Positions 18,846 to 32,000 of a DNA stretch of 32,000 nt are shown one piece after another. The notes beneath the pieces are model-generated. The model saw only the letters and a list, made by a program, of their open reading frames with translations. It did not search any database and was not told the origin of the DNA. The stretch is from contig NW_008806280.1 of NCBI RefSeq assembly GCF_000400465.1, positions 420,001 to 452,000 on the forward strand. Reading direction: 5' to 3'. The position numbers and the translations under genes are program-made. This DNA comes from Wallemia ichthyophaga EXF-994. Taxonomy: Eukaryota > Fungi > Basidiomycota. Within the stretch, counting starts at the first letter, position 1. Each line of letters starts with the position of its first letter.

Positions 18846-21800
18846 TCAACTTCCGAACGAGGTTGCAAGAGCCTGCTGCACCTGCAAGATCTGTTCCGAT
18901 ACAGCTGACAAGGTACCTTCATCAAGACGGTTGAATCTGTAAAAGAATAAGTCAGCATGAGCGCACTCTTTAAACTTCCACACCCACTCATCGAAACATC
19001 CCCACGCGCCAACCTGGCATAACCCAATGAAGATACGTCCCATGGCCTGGAAATCAAACGTTTCATCACAGCAGAAAACCAAGACAAATCTACCTAATTG
19101 TACACCAAGAGCCTTCACTGACTCTGTTTTACCTGTACCCGCAGGTCCGAATGGTGCACCACCAAGTTGTGAGTTAAGTGCTTGTGTCAAAGTCAGGTAG
19201 CACCTGTCGGTTAAAGGCGTCTGAACCAATCTGTCTGGTACACCTAGGTATTCGTAACCGTAATCGAAAGTAGCATCAGCCATGTGAACACTTAACCGGT
19301 CCATTGATATTGCCACATTGGTGTCCAAGTAGAATCTCATTTGATATAACCAATTGAAATCTCTGTGGCTGCTAACTTCATCTCTGATAAGCGATCTCAG
19401 AACGTCTCTTTGGTGTACTAGTTCAGTAATTAAGTGTTCACATTTACGTCTCTGTATAGTTGGTAGGTTCGTAAGGACGGTATCGGCCAAGACGTCAAGT
19501 GTGCGCAGAATAATAGACTGCTCAGCTCTCAGATCTAATCCAGCCTGCAGAGCTTTGTCGACTATGGTAGAAAACTCAATTTGTGTTGCAAGGACTACCA
19601 ACTGAGCTGGATATTTGTTCATCCATTCCAAGAACATGTCGATATCGAGTTTTTCTTCGTTTGAGTAGAACTCCCTCAACGAAACGACAGAGTCAGTAAG
19701 CAAGTCTGCCAAAGACACCCTCATCTCACTCTCTATCCTAGCCAACCAGTCGTTAATCTTCGGATAGTCTTTCAATTGAATGATATTTGAAAAATTTACG
19801 ATTTCGCCCTCTTTTGACACCATAGCTTGTATTTCGGTGATATCATCATTCAACACGACGTTGGAAATACCAGCGAACATTTTTTTCAAATGTTTCATAA
19901 TCCTGATGATGTCCTTGCTGTTACCAATGATCTCAAGTAAATCTTCATCACCGACAAAGTAGAATCTAGGGAATGATGAACGCTCGCGCTCCAAATATTC
20001 ACCCAATGCTTTCTGTACCTTATTGAGCGTTTCTGCGAGCTTTTCCATGCGCTTCTGTACATCAGTGATGCTCAAAACCTCCAAAACGAATGGTGCTTTC
20101 TTGACACCTTTAAGAATATTGTAGAACTCTGTATTGATGGTCTGGAATTTTTGACTCTCCATTGGAAGCAAATGTTTTATATCCGCAGATCCTGAGAATA
20201 TTCCTTCCAAATAAACCCACTGTCTCTGTACATCTATCCACAAGTTGAACAGATTGTGTACACGAACCAGTTTGTCTTCCCACGACCGAGCATCATCTTC
20301 AAAGACCTTAAAGTAGGGCGAGTTAGACATTGCATTAAGTGAGTTTGTATGCTCAGTGCATTGCGAGAATAACTCATCCCAGCCCTTGATCAAGAAGCAC
20401 TTGTTTTGATAATTGACTAGTTCAAGTTGATAGTTTGACCACGTTTCGCGAACTTGTTTCAAAAACTCCTCCAACGCCATTTCACCAGCTGCTTGGGTAA
20501 TCACATCTCTTATCAAGGACTCATTCCGCTTCAAATCAACGTCATAGATATTACCTAGTGTCATGTTGTTTGGCGAGTAAACGCGGTTTATCTTTAAACT
20601 CTTAAACAGCTGATTCCAATGGCGGTCATGTAGAGCCTCGGAGCGGAGGTCTGAGATAGTTGAGTTGAGCTTTAGGTAGGACTTCAGAGTTTCTTGAACA
20701 TATTCAAATGCACTGTACTGGCGCATCCTGCTCGGCATTTCGTTGGTCGAATTGAGCAGATTCTCCAACGATACACGCAATTTGCGTGGTTGCAGCGAAG
20801 CCCAAGTCGTCTCCTTTAGCTCTGCTATCTGGTCCCAAACACCTGAAAGCGCTGTCCACACAGCACGCAGATCCTTCAACTCTTCAAGCACAGGCTCGAG
20901 GCGATCATCATTCATATGTTCAAGGTCAAGAGCCTGACTGAGTGTTAGATATGGATTGATTTGTATGTGACACTCACCTCCTTAGCCCTGAAAACCAGAT
21001 CATACTGACTCTTCAGCTGTTCTACGCGCAATCCGTAGATGTTGATTGTATTCATGGCCTGATCAGCGCGTATATTACCTTGAATCGGTTTGTTATCCTC
21101 CCATTCCTTGATGATCTCTTCTATCTTATTACGAACAATCTTATCCTCAGCATCGATCTTGAGCTGCAGACCAGACAACTGCTCCAGAATGAGGTCATTC
21201 TTACGCTTGAGGATTTCATTGAAAGCACTCCATTCACCTTGTACCTGATCAACCCAAAGCCAGTCAGATGGGAATTGGTAGCGCTGCTTTTCAAGCGTCT
21301 TTTCACTCTCAATAAACAAAGCAATTTCAGGCTCCCACTTTCTGGCTCTCTTTTTGATATCCTGAACGAAAGTGATGAAAGACACAGCCTGGACTGTAGA
21401 GCTACCTTCTATAGACTGCGTTTCTAATTCGTAGCGAGCTTTTTGTATAGCAGAATGAGCCTCTTTCATTGCATCTTTCAACTTCTGCCCAAATCGAGTG
21501 ACAATATCACGTTGCCAGAAATCATACTTTGCATTTACCTTCACTTGCACCTGAGCAAAATCCACAACAGCCGCACCGAATGAGTGTTGAGTGTCAGAAG
21601 TATCAAATGTACTTCTTGTCTTTTTTATCTCACTTAACAGCTGCTGCCACAACGCTAATGAGTCACCAAGACGACTGTAAACCTGTTCGCCTTCCAGATC
21701 CCATAAGGATTGGAACTGTAGCCATTTACCGACATATGAACTTACTTCCTTCACCTTTTCTTCGATTAAAGCGAATGGTTTGGCTAGCGTCTCGAATGGT

Positions 21801-24800
21801 AGCTTGGTGAGGAGTGTGGTGTAAGTGTTGTCGTATTCAAACTCTGGTACGCGGCTGAACTGCAGACCGATTTCGTACCGCGAAGACTGTATGCGCGGGA
21901 GGTTACATATTACACCCAGCCAAATGTGCAATTGCTTATACCAATCTGTGCGGGAATGCTCAACCGGTGGATCGACGTAGATCACTTGGTCTCTGATACG
22001 AATTTCATGATATAATTGCTCCAACTCTATAAAAACTTCGTTATCGTGCTTGGCTTTCTTCATAATTGCCTCTTTTGATCGACTGACTGGTGCCTCTTCT
22101 CTACTTCTATTGAAAGCGACGCACCATTCGTCAATAATCTGCTTTACACGCTCAAGTAAAACATTTTCAATCTTAGAGTCCAACTTCTCAACCCAATTAT
22201 TCAGATTAGTGTATCCTTCCAAGTTGAGCTTGTCGATGGTCTTTTGAATAGATGTCAGGTGAGAAGCGAAGATCTCTGCTTTGAATGGACAAGTGACTAG
22301 CTCGTCAATTGTTCTCATCACTTCATTATACGTGTCAATAAGATCATCGGTTTTGTCCTTAATAATATTAATATAGTTAAAACATCAGTCACCGAACTCA
22401 CCTGCAATACTCCAACCGCACTAGCAAACTCTCTTATAAAGTACATATGTCTCCCTTCGCGTCCTTCTATACTTGAAAGAGCCCCAAAGCGAGTGTCATA
22501 GGTATTAACAAAGAATTCCCATCTTAATGGCATACCCTTAGTGATTATGTTTTGCGCTTCAATTCTATACTCGGCAATCAAGGGCTCAATGCCTGGGTTA
22601 GCAGTGATTCTTTCGACTGTCAAGGAATACGTTCGGACAGTTTCCATCAAACTGACTGCATGTGGGTAGACACGCTTGGCGTCTTTAGCTATGTTGATGA
22701 TAGCATGCGGAACTTGGAATTGTCTCCAGAGAAGATTTCTGACCTCTTTAAAGAGCGTTATAACTTGTGGATCAAAATTAACACTGAGCTGATAAACATT
22801 TAGTTCGCCAGTAACTGAATTACGAGTGCGGCTAATTTCAAACAACCGACCTTCAATACGCATGTCACGACGATTGATTTCATGTAGCCAGGCCTCGAAG
22901 ATTGGACGCGTGTCAAGCTTTTTTCTGAAGGAGGTACTCTCACTTTGCAGCTTAGCTCCCTCAGCATACAAATCCCAACCCTCACCAAGGACATCCTCAA
23001 CACGCTTCATGTACATGTTCAACTGCCTCTCGATCTGTTTGGCCCATATAATTGCGCCAGCGATTGGCGGTATATCTCTGAGCTGCGACATGTGGAATGC
23101 CTCAGTGTTTCTGTACTGTGTTGTAAATTTGCCATGTAGTCGCTTAATATCTTCTTTGACAGAATCGATGAGCTGCGTTTGGTATTCTGAGATGGCGCCA
23201 CGAATCTAGATACATGTCAGGCAAGTCATTGGTTCTAGGAGAGCACCCACCTTGGGTCTAACGAAGAGTGCATTGTAGTAACCGAAGACTCTAAACATCT
23301 CAGATGCATTACGAGCAGTACCTAGGAGGTCCCTGAGACGAGCAATGATCTGATTTTCGACGCGTGCAACACGCTCGTTGTAGGCAGTTTCAGCGGCGAT
23401 CCAAATTTCAGTACCCTCTGTGAGTGTTTTAGATAAGACATTTTAGTAATGAAGACGACCGACCAACTGAAATATCCAAGACATTGACGTTTTTCAGAGT
23501 GTCATAAGCTGCCTTTACTTCGTCCTCCATATCGAGATCGGTGAGATTGTCGGCACCAACCCCTGTACCGGCTTTGGTGTTTCTTGTAGCAGTCATGTTG
23601 CGCAATTGCTCATGCTGCTTGCGAAAGTTACGAAGATACGCACACCTCTCAGCCAACTTCCAATGTGCTGCGTTGATTTTGATAGGAAGAAATTTTTCCG
23701 AGCGCTTTCTGGTTACTTCACGTGCGACGTTGGTAAACTCCTTCAAAACGTCGTCCCAGACTTTGAATGCGGAGTCAGCAGCGTTGATGGAGCGCTCAAA
23801 ACTCTCGTACTCCATGTACATTAGTCTGTGCGTTTGGAGTACTTTAAGCATTTGGTCGTTGAAATCTTTTGAGATAGCTTCGACTAATGGTAACGCGCGT
23901 CTGATTGGGTATGGTGATAATTTGAGCTTCTTGTTGATGTGACCGAATATAAGATATAGACTGTCTTGTATCTTTTGAAAGTCTGTAGCTGAAAGCAGTT
24001 CGTCTAATGGGAAATCCTTCATTAGTTGGTTATACTTGTGAACAATATCGGTTGCCTCCTTCAAACCGGTATCAGCGATAAATGAGACCGTAGCATGAAA
24101 ACGTTTGGCATATTTGAGAATTTCCAATGTGAGCATGATTGGTTCGGACTTGAGTTGTTCTTCAATACCTTCTAAAGCTCTTTCCATACTAAGCCAGAAG
24201 TTGATTTCTTGAGAGGCAGTTCCACTGGCGACATCTCTATTCAGCTTGGTAACATTTCTGATCTCTTTGATCCAGCTATTAACATCGTTCTGAAGACGAT
24301 TGAGAAATGTGCTGTCATTGAGAAGTGATTGTGGCTGTACATCTGACGGTGCAGGTCGAGTTCCAGCGGCATGTGCAATGGTTACAGCGTCCCTGACAGC
24401 GGAATGAATAGCAAGATGAGTCTCTGGAATCTCAACATTTTGCTGTAAATGAAGCAGTGATAGTTCTAACTCTGCAAACTTCTTTTTTGTCATTGGAATA
24501 CCCATCTTGGAATCTGCGTCTTTCGATTTACTGACGTCGTTTCCTTTTCCTTTGGCATTGACGAATGCATCAAAGTAGGGAGCAGCGGCAAGGTGCACAA
24601 GAGCATGCAAGACCTCATAACCGCCGTCAGCGAGGTTGAGAATGACGAGTTGGGAAGAAAGTGGATCAACCGGAGAAAGGGTTGGATACCTCTTTAGCAT
24701 GAAAACGGTTGAAACGAGATTAGGAGGATGAGTCAGAGTATGTGTCAGATTGTAAGTCAATCTTGGAGGATCGTCCTGCGTGCGTAGCTGCTGGATGTAC

Positions 24801-25015
24801 AAACCCATCAAAGACTGGTCATTGGCGAATCTGAGGATATCTTCGTCTGTACTTGCGTTCCAAAGACTAATTAATTCGCTGCTGTCCGCGTTGATTAGCT
24901 TAGGGAGTAGATCCTCGAGATATGCTTTGAAGGAATTCGCGTCAAGACTCTCTTGAATTGGCTCAGTGGCTGGCGGAGGTTCTGGATTAATTGGAGTCGC
25001 GTCTACGGCTGACAT
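18846..25015 (-). CDS. Cytoplasmic dynein heavy chain, N-terminal polypeptide only (tail, linker and first half of AAA1), 1979 aa. Exons 25015-23464, 23417-23251, 23205-22402, 22357-20978, 20933-18988, 18936-18846
   Basis: DHC_N1 ([18 protein letters not shown]), DHC_N2 ([18 protein letters not shown]), AAA1 entry [17 protein letters not shown], Walker A GPAGTGKT (19148-19125), Walker B CFDE|FNRL, then stop at 18848-18846. Five canonical introns of 44-51 nt give a 5940-nt open frame. Confidence 0.95.
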
Positions 25016-25083
25016 TTATTTATTTTAATTCCCAATGTTGATCGTTGTAGCTAATCAAGAGATTTCCCTTCAATTGTACGACG

Positions 25084-25702
25084 ATGAGCGGCCCAGCAGA
25101 GACTAAAGTATTAGCAGTGTGTTTGGGTAATATCTGCAGATCCCGTCAGTCTGCCCTTGCAGCCCCACGCACACAAATCTAAATTCATCTCATAGCAATG
25201 GCGGAGGGAGTTCTCAAACAAATCAAAGACGAGAATAACTTGCCTGTGTTTGTGGAATCTGCCGGTACTGCTGCTTACCACGAGGGCGAATACGCAGACG
25301 AAAGAACGATATCCACACTCTTAAATCACGGAATTACGATGGATTCACTCGCTAGGAAGGTCAGGCAGAGTGATTTCAATGAGTTCGACCACATACTCGC
25401 CATGGATGGCAGTAACCTTTCAAACCTCCTCAAAATAGCTCCAAAGAACTGTAAAGCCGATGTTAAACTCTTTGGTTCATATGGCGATGGCAAGGCTATA
25501 CAAGAGTGAGTTGATGAGTCTTGTGTCCTCTTCCCGCTAACACACGCTTAAGCCCATACTACGGTGGACAAAGTAAATAAACACACTATAACATCACAAA
25601 CACTAACATACGATAGTGGGATTCTCAAAAACTTATGAGCAATGTTTGAAATACGGGAAGGCATTCTACGAATCTCTCGGCTACACTTTAAACGCAATAT
25701 AG
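25084..25702 (+). CDS. LTP1: Low-molecular-weight protein tyrosine phosphatase, 158 aa. Exons 25084-25144, 25196-25505, 25553-25572, 25617-25702
   Basis: P-loop VCLGNICRSPMAE across intron 25145-25195, ESAGTAAYH, FDHILAMD, and DPYYGG reconstituted across intron 25506-25552. Confidence 0.95.
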
Positions 25703-25779
25703 ATATAGATGAATCGTAACGTTAATTGAAAAAGTAGTATACAACGAAACAAATGCAAAACAAAGCCCCACTCTCCAAT

Positions 25780-28700
25780 TTAAGCGAAGTAACACTCACC
25801 CAAGAACAGTGAGCTGAGTTCAGATAGCTGCTCTTCACTAAACTTGTGGATATTCTCAGACCAGCTGTCTTGGTGCGTGCGTCTCCAGTCCTGAGCTGTT
25901 TTTCTTATTGTTGAGCTGATGACAGTATCTGAGCTTGACACATGCTCAGCTAATACCCCAGTAAGCAATTCAGGCATCCAAGAAGGAACGTCGTATGGAA
26001 ATGCGTTTATGAGTGCGCAAATTCCAAGTATCCCTGAGTGTAGCTTGAGTACTGCTGGTGCATAACTACTGTTAACTTCTCCACTCTCCATTCTGCGTCT
26101 TGGGAGAAGTGAGTGTGCTGAAACAGTGTCAGTAAACCTCTTCTTGAGGTCAAGTGTGTATGATCTCTGAGAACATCTAACTATTCCTGACAGTGTCTCA
26201 GCTGCTCTTTCTCTCACTTCTATGTTTTGATCTCTGAGCAACTTGTACAGCTCTTCCATAACTCCCAAAGTAGTCGATTGCGATATGTGAGGAAGTTGGA
26301 AAAAGTAGAAGACAGCTATTTTTAGGTTAGAGGAAAAACTGAATTGAGAATATGACTAACCTGTTATAGGGAGAGCATGCAAACGAACGCGATATCTCTG
26401 CAAGATTGTTATCAAATTGAAATTCGCAGTATCGTCAGCACCCACAGTAGATGATCCAACGACGTCCAACAGCGTGCGCACAACAGGTTCAGAGTACTCT
26501 CTTGGTGGTGGAATGACAGCAAAGAGACTGAGCACTGACTGTGCAGTAGCTTGCAGATCAGGTGAATCAGACAGCTCCCGCATATTGAAAAAGTCAGGCA
26601 ACAGCTCGATTGAGATAGGGTAGAACGAGCATCTAGTAGAATCGTGAAGTGCATCCCAGATGAATCTCAAAACTACTTAGTGTTAGTGTGAACGTCAATG
26701 ACGAGACTGCAACACGCACTTGTCAAACCAATCTTATCGTACGTCGATAGTGAAGACTTGGGTGGCGGAAGTCTGTTATTATACTCAAACGCCAGGTACT
26801 TTTTAATGTTGCGAACATGCCCCAACGTCTTTTGCTCAACGTTGTGCTTAATAATAATCTTGTCGCTTGGTACGGTCTCTGAAACTCTTTGGAGGTCGTC
26901 GACATTCGCAAAGCTAGGATGGAGCTAGATTCGGGATATTAGCGGTTTGCTTAAATAGACTGCTAATTCGCAAACACACCTGTGATCTATTCAATTTCTG
27001 TAGAGTCTTGGCGATGTTAGCCCTAACTTCCGCATAATCATGATTGAGCGCATCGAATGACCAATACATGTCACCAATTTCAGCTGACCATGCTGAAAAT
27101 CTCCAGCTGACTGTCTTGACGACGAGTCTGAGCAGATTAATGGAGTACGCCTGAGACCAAGCTGACGATGATGCGTTTCTGTTCAAGTCACCCCGATTAA
27201 CAATCCAGCTGACAAGAGGTAACAACCTTCTTGGATCACGGTGATAGAGTGCGTTTATGACAAATACTTCCCACGTAGCAGCGCTATCTGGTCTAACATT
27301 GCTCAAGAAGTCCAGTTTCGGGGTGAGCCAGCTCCAGAGATCATCAGATGCATATTTCGGCCAATGCTTCACACCCCTCAACAAGCCGGACAACAACTCA
27401 GAAGCAGCCCTCTGCTTATGCCTATCCCCAACATCTTCCAATAAAGGCTCAATCACAGTCTTCAGCAACGTAAGCGGTTTTTCAGACATTGCGAAAATAC
27501 TCTTGATGAAATTGACGTGGTCGTATGAAGGTGTAGTCGACGAAGATTCGATAGAAAGTTGAGAAATAAACTTATTCCACCAATCGATCGACATAACTGT
27601 TTCAGTGATGGCCTGTACTGACGCTGAGCTTTCGTTTTCCCACTCAAATGGGAAACGATTTACGGGGGGCAGTTCATATACTTCGAGAGAAGGTCCCCAA
27701 CACAACCATCCTGATTGCGCTTTATCCTGAAGAAGCACGTCGCTGCTCCAGTCTGAGATAGGCTGCTTAAATTGATTGAGGTACTTATCAGTAGTGAATG
27801 AAGCATCATCTTCAATCTTGACTGTCTTTTTTAGCGGATTTTTCGTGTTTTTCAATAAGAGCTTTTCGTTGAGATTAGTACCTTGACCAAATGTACGCAG
27901 CTTGACAAAGTGCAAAATTTTAGTAATACTCCCATAAGCGTGCTCACGGATTTTGGGACTATAAGAAGTTAGAAGGTTCAACACTAATTTTAAAACCTAC
28001 TGATCTGATATGGTATTTGCAAGGAAGTAGCGAGTGAGACGCTCAGACATTGGTTTATCTCTGCGTATAAGATTCTTCAGTACACGTTGCGCAATGAGCT
28101 GGTATCTCCAATGAGTATTGCTACTCTCGGCGAATTCCAATACTTGAGGCATCTAGAAGAAATGTGAGCGAGGTCTAGACAAAGTAGGTTCACCTACCAG
28201 CTCCTCGTAGAGCTCTTCGCGATGTTCTACGCGTCCAGCCGCAGCGTTGGCAACCTCTGCAATAAGCTCTTGTGAATCAACAGACTCTCCACCCAGCTCC
28301 TTCTCCAGTTTCTCAATGACGTTCTCAGTTTGCTTGCACTTTAAGCGTGATGTGAGGGCATTGATCTCTGGCATTCTTACAACAACCTCTCTCGATAGAT
28401 TCTGAATGAGGTTCTGGATCGAAGGCTTTTCCTCAGTCTGTGCGCTCAGCAAAGCCAATATAGTTCTCTTGAACTGGTCGAAATGGAGAAGATAGTAGCT
28501 GACCCACGACTTGTTCATCAGAACGAACAGGGCTCCCTTTTTGCGATCAACGTCTACACCTGGCTTGAGCGCATCCAAGATCTTGTCCATTGATAAGGCT
28601 TTAGTGCCATCATAGAATACTGCCAGTTGGTGAAGGGTGTTCTGTGCTGTCTTACGCACTGCTGTGTAGGACGACAGTGACAATTCTAGCACATCGTCTA

Positions 28701-31700
28701 GGAGCATGTCGTCCAATTGGGAGCGCTGGCGATTAAACGTGTTGAGATGAAGTCTTGTGGCATGAAGATATGACGCTCTTCTAACAAACGTCATGCGTGG
28801 CCATTCTTTTTGTCTCGGGATGATTTTATTGACAGATTTGTGGAACGTGTAACGTCTACGTGTGTTTTCGTAGTGTGTGGAGTCCATGCCGTTCTCACTC
28901 ATAAACACCCTCAACGAACGTAAGAACGCCTTAACGCAATCTATAGAATCAGACGACTCATTCTGCTCGTTGGGGTTCGTAAATGTACGCGCCACTTTGT
29001 GCAAAAGTTCGCCGAATCTGAAGCGGAATTGATTAAAGTACTGTATGCGTGGGTCATCCTCCGATAAGACGCCTTGAGATTTGAAAGGTGGTTGTTTTTC
29101 GACGAAATTCTGCGGGAACTCTCCCCAATCTGACACCTCACGACCTTTGTCTGGTGCCTCAGTCTGTAAAAGTGATGCAATAGCAGTGAGTGAATGTCTT
29201 AGGTGCAGAGTCTTTCTGCAGAAGTCATTTGACCAATCCTTACTCTTGGTAGACGTACTCGAAAGATTATCGAGATCTTTCATCTCAGGTTCGAGTATTT
29301 GCTCGAATAGCTCGACAGCCATATCGAACTCTTCGAGCGATGGAATGTGCCATTCTACATCCACATCACCACCTTCATATAACCTTCCCCAATGCTGGAA
29401 ATGATTGCGAGCGAACGAAGGAGAGTTCCACTCCTCGTCATTCACGAACCGCGTTGATGTCGTGTAGTATTGGACAAGCGTCTGCAGAACTCTTTGCAGA
29501 ACACTCGATGACCACATATAACCTCTTTCAGATTTACATGCGGTGGCAGTCAATTTGAGTATATCGACAATATCACTCTTGTAAGCCAGTAAAGCTTTGC
29601 CACAATGACTCAAACAGCCTGTTAGGACTGCCAGTGCCCAGTGAAGAGATGTGTCACCGGCGAAGGGCGTAGATGTCGATGTAGTCCTCTCGCCTGAAGC
29701 ACCATGATGCAACTCAATCTTGACAGTTGAGATAGACCATCCCAAAAACTGCTTCAAAGTTTTCTCAGCATCCGCCTTGGCAAAGCATGAAACTAGTTGT
29801 CCAATAACCCTCACACTATTGGCACGTGTGGTTGTTGAAACATACTGAAAAACCTGCTTGAGTGCCAGTTGGAAGATAGGTGGTGAGAGAGCCCCACAAA
29901 CAACTTCACAAGCCGACATGAGAGTGTGTATTACACTCTCTTCAATACGCCCACCAACTCTATTATGTTTACCGCCCTCTTCTGGTAGGTTTTCACATAA
30001 AATAAAGACTCTCCTAAAAAATTCAATAACCCAATCTCCAAATGAAGAGGTGGAAGTGCGTATCAGATTGTCAGCTTCTTCAGGCGTCAATGGTGGATCG
30101 TTTGCTTCACGTCCTTCAGGGAACGATGTCTCGACAGGGCTGCTTACTTCGATTGGTGCACACCCATCCAAATCCATAGGATTGACTGACTTGCGACGGT
30201 GAGCATCTACCTCATCCGAGCCTTCAGATGTAGCATCACCAATCCTGACAGAATGAAGGGACGTGATAATAAACATGCACGTAGCGATTGTTTTGGTGGG
30301 ATCATTCATATCTATGCCTGGTAACGAGAACTCCAGCAGTGGAAGAAGATCTTTGGCACCTGCATAATATTTGGAGCGTGAGACGAGGTGTGGTGCGACA
30401 GTTGAGAGTGCAGTTATTACAGCTGATGTACGGTGTGTTTCTGTGAGTGCTTCTAGTGACGGATAAGCGCGTTCCATGAGAGCAGGGTAGATGAGATCAG
30501 GTTCAAGCAGTGCTAAGTTGCGCAGGCAGCTCTGTGTGTTAGTGATTGAGATCGGGTCCTGATACTTGCGTTAGAGTACATACGATGTAGCGAACAATCC
30601 TACCTTAGAAAACATAGAGAGTAAGGCAACTGTACGTAATGAGTGCACAAACTCCTTCTTCATTTGCTTCGTCAAGCGCCATTGAAGGGGAGTTTTGCAG
30701 TCAGGCTTCTGCTCATCATTCCACCTTTCCAGAAAGAGCGAGGAGGTATCGGAAATGAAATATGTTAGTGCGAAAGTGTGGGCTCCCCAATTCGAAGGAT
30801 GGAAGTATGTCTCAGTGTTGAGGATGAGCTTGTTTAGAGCATCGAGTGCCTTTGAGCCACCGAGGTGTTTGTTGAATGCACTTGATCCACCGACTGTTGG
30901 AGCACTGAGCTGATTCTTAGACTTGTTGACGGGAGTTTCGGAAATTGGTGTGCCAGCGGCCGATGAAGCAGCCACGCCAGCATCCTGCGACATGGAGTAG
31001 ACCAGAATAATAGCCAGTGAAAAGGTTCTATTTGTTGGCTTCTTCAAATTAAGTACATTCTGGCTGATCTTTCCATCTGGACCTAGTGTGTCACCTCCTC
31101 TCAGCTTTCCAACAGCAATGTTGAAAGACGACAAAGCCTTTTGCATGACAGTATCAAATTGAGCTTCAGTGAGAATACCAATGTCTTTCCTAATGCCCTT
31201 CCAGCTGCTGTCGGCAGATTTGTCTTTGGGTGGACGGCCGACACTTGGTATATCTGAAGGGGCTGGAGCAAGAGAATCGATAAAACGTGGGTCACTGATG
31301 GAAGGGTCGAGGTGCTTCTCGGTCAAGCGAGCGACGAGGTCGAGATGCTGATCATCAATATGAGAGGAATTAAAAGTCTCCCAGATTCTGAAAGTGATAG
31401 GCAGCCAATACTGTGGGTGAGACAAGGGCAAAAACTGGACCAAGAAGGCCTGTGTGGAGATGATGGAATCAACCGAGGAACCATCCATCTGTGGCAATAT
31501 CGTATCGAGCATGTTTTGGTACTCGGAAGGGTGGAAGAAGCGTTGAGCGTATTCAGTGAGGGTGAGAAGGTTATTTGTGATGTTTTTGCGGCTAGTTTCA
31601 CGCTGCTTAGGGAAAAGCTCTGTGGATAGAATATCATAAAGTGGTTTCCAGGGCAAGACAATGTCCTTGATAGAAATTCTCTTCTTGGAGCTTATAAGGG

Positions 31701-32000
31701 ACATTAAGCGATTAGCGAATAAGTTAATGAAACGGCCATCCATCCCAGGGGTGACGAGTAGCTGGTAATAGAGACGCGTAAGCTGCACTCTTCGTTCCCT
31801 GGTCATAGGATACTTGAGGGATAGCCAGGCCTGGAGTCTATGATCCCAAATGCTGAAGCTGATGTCCCAGTCATTGGCTTTGGCAGCATTGATGAGCTTG
31901 TGAATGATATGGTCCAATCTCGAGTCCATTTCTTCAAGGGATTCAACTTGATAAGGAATGTGCTTAAATTGGTGCGTGGCTTTGACCCTCGAGTCCTCAT
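25780..32000 (-). CDS. BLM10: Proteasome activator Blm10/PA200 (PSME4); 5' end lies beyond the right edge. Introns 30559-30603, 28153-28197, 27959-28000, 26925-26979, 26673-26719, 26398-26445, 26316-26360
   Basis: N-terminal IPYQVESLEEM..WLSLKY..R..L..LYY, ETYFHPSNWG, LPGIDMNDPTKT, C-terminal DUF3437-like EVRERAAETLSGIVRCS..LHSGILG..AFPYDVPSWMP..DWRRTHQDSW and terminal YFA. The frame stays open from 31929 to the window edge. Confidence 0.95.

Noticed and set aside
18791-18846. Dynein continuing via another intron, or ending in an intein
   Set aside because: No downstream AAA1 sensor-I coding sequence on the minus strand, which is occupied by the antisense of SRAP; no Cys/Ser-initiated intein block at the C-terminus.

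Overview
Gene-dense fungal genomic DNA with very short GT-AG introns (42-58 nt) and intergenic gaps often under 110 bp. The protein style and compactness suggest a basidiomycete such as Wallemia; this is inference, not a database result. Gene order: importin-beta KAP95 (-, cut by the left edge), PAN3 (+), mitochondrial MnSOD (-), HDHD2-like HAD hydrolase (-), TFIIF large subunit (+), a 65-aa Gly-rich hydrophilic microprotein (+), four tandem classical SDR paralogues (+; three intact, one pseudogene), HRQ1-type helicase (+), a spliced Ty1/copia Gag-N-like fragment (-), SRAP/HMCES (+), a cytoplasmic dynein heavy chain N-terminal half (-), LMW-PTP (+), and BLM10/PA200 (-, cut by the right edge). 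Three observations stand out. (1) The dynein heavy chain gene (1979 aa) stops inside AAA1, after Walker A/B and before sensor I, so it looks like a split dynein whose main ATPase site would be completed in trans by a second gene. (2) An intron-containing gag-like gene has no LTR or pol. (3) The SDR array shows mosaic paralogues, a predicted cofactor switch, a precise intron loss and pseudogenisation. No tRNA, rRNA or CRISPR features were seen. Exon coordinates were derived by hand from splice signals and reading-frame continuity.
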